From the NCBI GenBank assembly GCA_035274925.1, contig DATENS010000253.1, positions 3,266 to 67,265 of the forward strand: DNA of 64,000 nt. The letters are read 5' to 3'. This document shows, in pieces, positions 62,526-64,000 of the stretch (positions within the stretch are counted from its first letter, which is position 1; every line of letters starts with the position of its first letter). The notes under the pieces are model-generated. The model saw nothing but the letters and a program-made list of their open reading frames with translations, searched no databases and was not told the DNA's origin. Position numbers and translations under genes: made by a program. Source of the stretch: Pyrinomonadaceae bacterium. Lineage in GTDB: Bacteria; Acidobacteriota; Blastocatellia; Pyrinomonadales; Pyrinomonadaceae.

Positions 62526-63359
62526 ATGGACGCAAGCATGTCACGCAAGCACCTTTACCCGCGTGCGAATCCCGCTGAAGAACCCAGTCCGTGGTGGTAT
62601 TTCGGCCGGGCCGTGTATGTCAGCCGCTATGATTACAAAAAGATCTTTTTCGTTTTTCTCGCGATCGGCATCCCGTTAGGCGCAGTCGGTGTGCTGTTGA
62701 AGCTGCCAGTATTTCTTTACGCAGCATTTGCTCTCGCCGCCATCGGGATCGTCATGCTCGCTTACTCCCTGATTGGCCTCTATCGCCAGTACGGTCACTT
62801 CTCAGTCCAATACTTTCGTCGTCTGCTTGAACTGGCCGGCGCCAAAGGCCCGCTGACGGTCGCCGATTTTCATATCGGCACGTACCGGCATTCTTACCGT
62901 CTGGCAGAAGTCCTTCCCGAAGCGACCGTCTATTCCGTCGACTGTTGGAATCTCGAGGGGCCGCCGCCCGAGAAAGCGATTCGCGACGTCCGCGATCTTG
63001 AACCGCCCCCGACGACGCACTCCAGAATTTTGCCGAGACGCGCCGAGGACTTTGCCGTCCCGCTTCCTGACTCGAGTTGTGATCTGGTGGTTTTCGGATT
63101 CGGGACACATGAGGTGCCGGTCGGAGGGCCACGCGAAAAACTATTCAGCGAGGCAGTAAGGATTCTGAAACCGGAAGGCAAGGCGCTCTTGTTTGAACAC
63201 GGCTACGATGCGCACAACTATTTGATTTTCGGTCCCGTCATTAACCACGTCACCAAACGCCAGGATTGGCTCGAGATCATGAAGAGCCATTTTCGCGATG
63301 TTCGTTACGCACGCACTTCTCACGCTGTTGACCTCTTCGTAGGAACTCGAAATGCCTGA
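62526..63359 (+). CDS. membrane-anchored class I SAM-dependent methyltransferase
   Basis: AAGGAGA RBS. Two N-terminal TM helices. ..DLVVFGFGTHE.. and ..RILKPEGKALLFEHG.. are methyltransferase-fold motifs. Confidence 0.65.
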   Translation: MDASMSRKHLYPRANPAEEPSPWWYFGRAVYVSRYDYKKIFFVFLAIGIPLGAVGVLLKLPVFLYAAFALAAIGIVMLAYSLIGLYRQYGHFSVQYFRRLLELAGAKGPLTVADFHIGTYRHSYRLAEVLPEATVYSVDCWNLEGPPPEKAIRDVRDLEPPPTTHSRILPRRAEDFAVPLPDSSCDLVVFGFGTHEVPVGGPREKLFSEAVRILKPEGKALLFEHGYDAHNYLIFGPVINHVTKRQDWLEIMKSHFRDVRYARTSHAVDLFVGTRNA

Positions 63360-64000
63360 TCCTCCAGATCCTGACGGTGCTGATGTCATTGTTGTGGGAG
63401 GAGGAGTCGCCGGTCTCGCCGCCGCATTGCGTCTGCAGGACCGTGGACTAAAGCCGGTGGTGCTCGAGGCCGAGCCGCGCGTCGGTGGCCGAATGACCAC
63501 CGATCGCGTCGAGGGTTTCGTAATCGATCGGGGCGTGACCTTGATCGGTAACAGGTTTAAGAGAATGCGCAGCCTGGCAAAGCGTCTCGGCCTCGGGCCG
63601 TTGATGCGGCCGGTCGGCTTCACCCTTGGTCTGGAAGACGAAAACGGCTGCCGTTCTTATCGCGCGCAAAGGCCGGATGACATCATCCTGGACCGGCGGA
63701 TCTCGTTTGCCGCCAAGCGTGCCCTGTCACGTTTCTACTTTGACTTGCTTCGCCACCAATCCGCGATGGTGCATGGCCGCAGCGATCGCAGCGACGCCCT
63801 GGACACCGAAGATGTGTGGCAATACCTTTCGCGGCTGGGCGCCGGCGGTGAGGAGTTGTTCGAAAAGATTTTTGAGCCCGGTTTGCGCGCAGCCGTTGGT
63901 GGTTCGCTCGCCAACGCCTCGCGGGCAATTCTGATGCAAACCGTTTGGAATACGCTCGGCGGCGGATTTTGGAATTTGACCGACGGCGTCGATCGGATTC
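63352..64000 (+). CDS. FAD-dependent amine-oxidase/phytoene-desaturase-like oxidoreductase, N-terminal part (runs off window end)
   Basis: Open frame from ATG 63352 to the window end. DVIVVGGGVAGLAAALRL...V.VLEA..RVGGR dinucleotide-binding motif. 8-nt overlap with the upstream methyltransferase. Confidence 0.7.
   Translation, partial: MPDPPDPDGADVIVVGGGVAGLAAALRLQDRGLKPVVLEAEPRVGGRMTTDRVEGFVIDRGVTLIGNRFKRMRSLAKRLGLGPLMRPVGFTLGLEDENGCRSYRAQRPDDIILDRRISFAAKRALSRFYFDLLRHQSAMVHGRSDRSDALDTEDVWQYLSRLGAGGEELFEKIFEPGLRAAVGGSLANASRAILMQTVWNTLGGGFWNLTDGVDRI

Noticed and set aside
1-64000. Search for tRNA, rRNA, tmRNA, integrase/transposase, prophage or toxin-antitoxin genes
   Set aside because: I found no cloverleaf-like GTTCGAATC T-arm contexts, no rRNA-like segments, and no recombinase, transposase or phage structural motifs in any listed ORF. 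By eye, absence cannot be guaranteed for small RNAs.

Overview
This is a 64-kb chromosomal window from a GC-rich bacterium. Gene content and repeat style suggest Acidobacteriota or a similar soil lineage, but that is inference only. I support about 58 protein-coding genes.

Housekeeping genes: serS, mnmA, lipA, lipB, a FabG-type reductase, thiolase, SppA, oligopeptidase B and an M61 peptidase.

Regulatory and accessory modules interleaved with them:
- two paralogous ECF sigma/anti-sigma pairs
- an ECF43-type sigma factor followed by a Ser/Thr kinase with an extracytoplasmic lytic-transglycosylase domain
- two separate AAA+/VWA pairs
- a selenium-related neighbourhood

I saw no rRNA, tRNA, CRISPR array, transposase, integrase or prophage genes.

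Most notable observations:
1. SelD is itself a selenoprotein. An in-frame UGA at 26972-26974 restores the catalytic N-terminus that the ORF track truncates.
2. About 3 kb downstream, a cytochrome P460-family haem protein is split by exactly one in-frame UGA, followed by a perfect SECIS-like hairpin. It is either a candidate new selenoprotein or a pseudogene.
3. SelD is followed directly by an EgtB/SenA-like gene. This looks like the selenoneine (sen) pathway but has no adjacent SenB.
4. An orphan CbbQ/NorQ-CbbO/NorD-type AAA+/VWA operon has no recognisable client enzyme. It is followed by a markedly AT-rich orphan membrane-protein gene and a convergent gene with a NucS-like PD-(D/E)xK domain.
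5. At least five families of short GC-rich hairpin (REP/MITE-like) repeats fill many intergenic regions. Three copies sit in frame inside coding sequences.

All functional calls come from reading motifs in the supplied translations. No database search was run.
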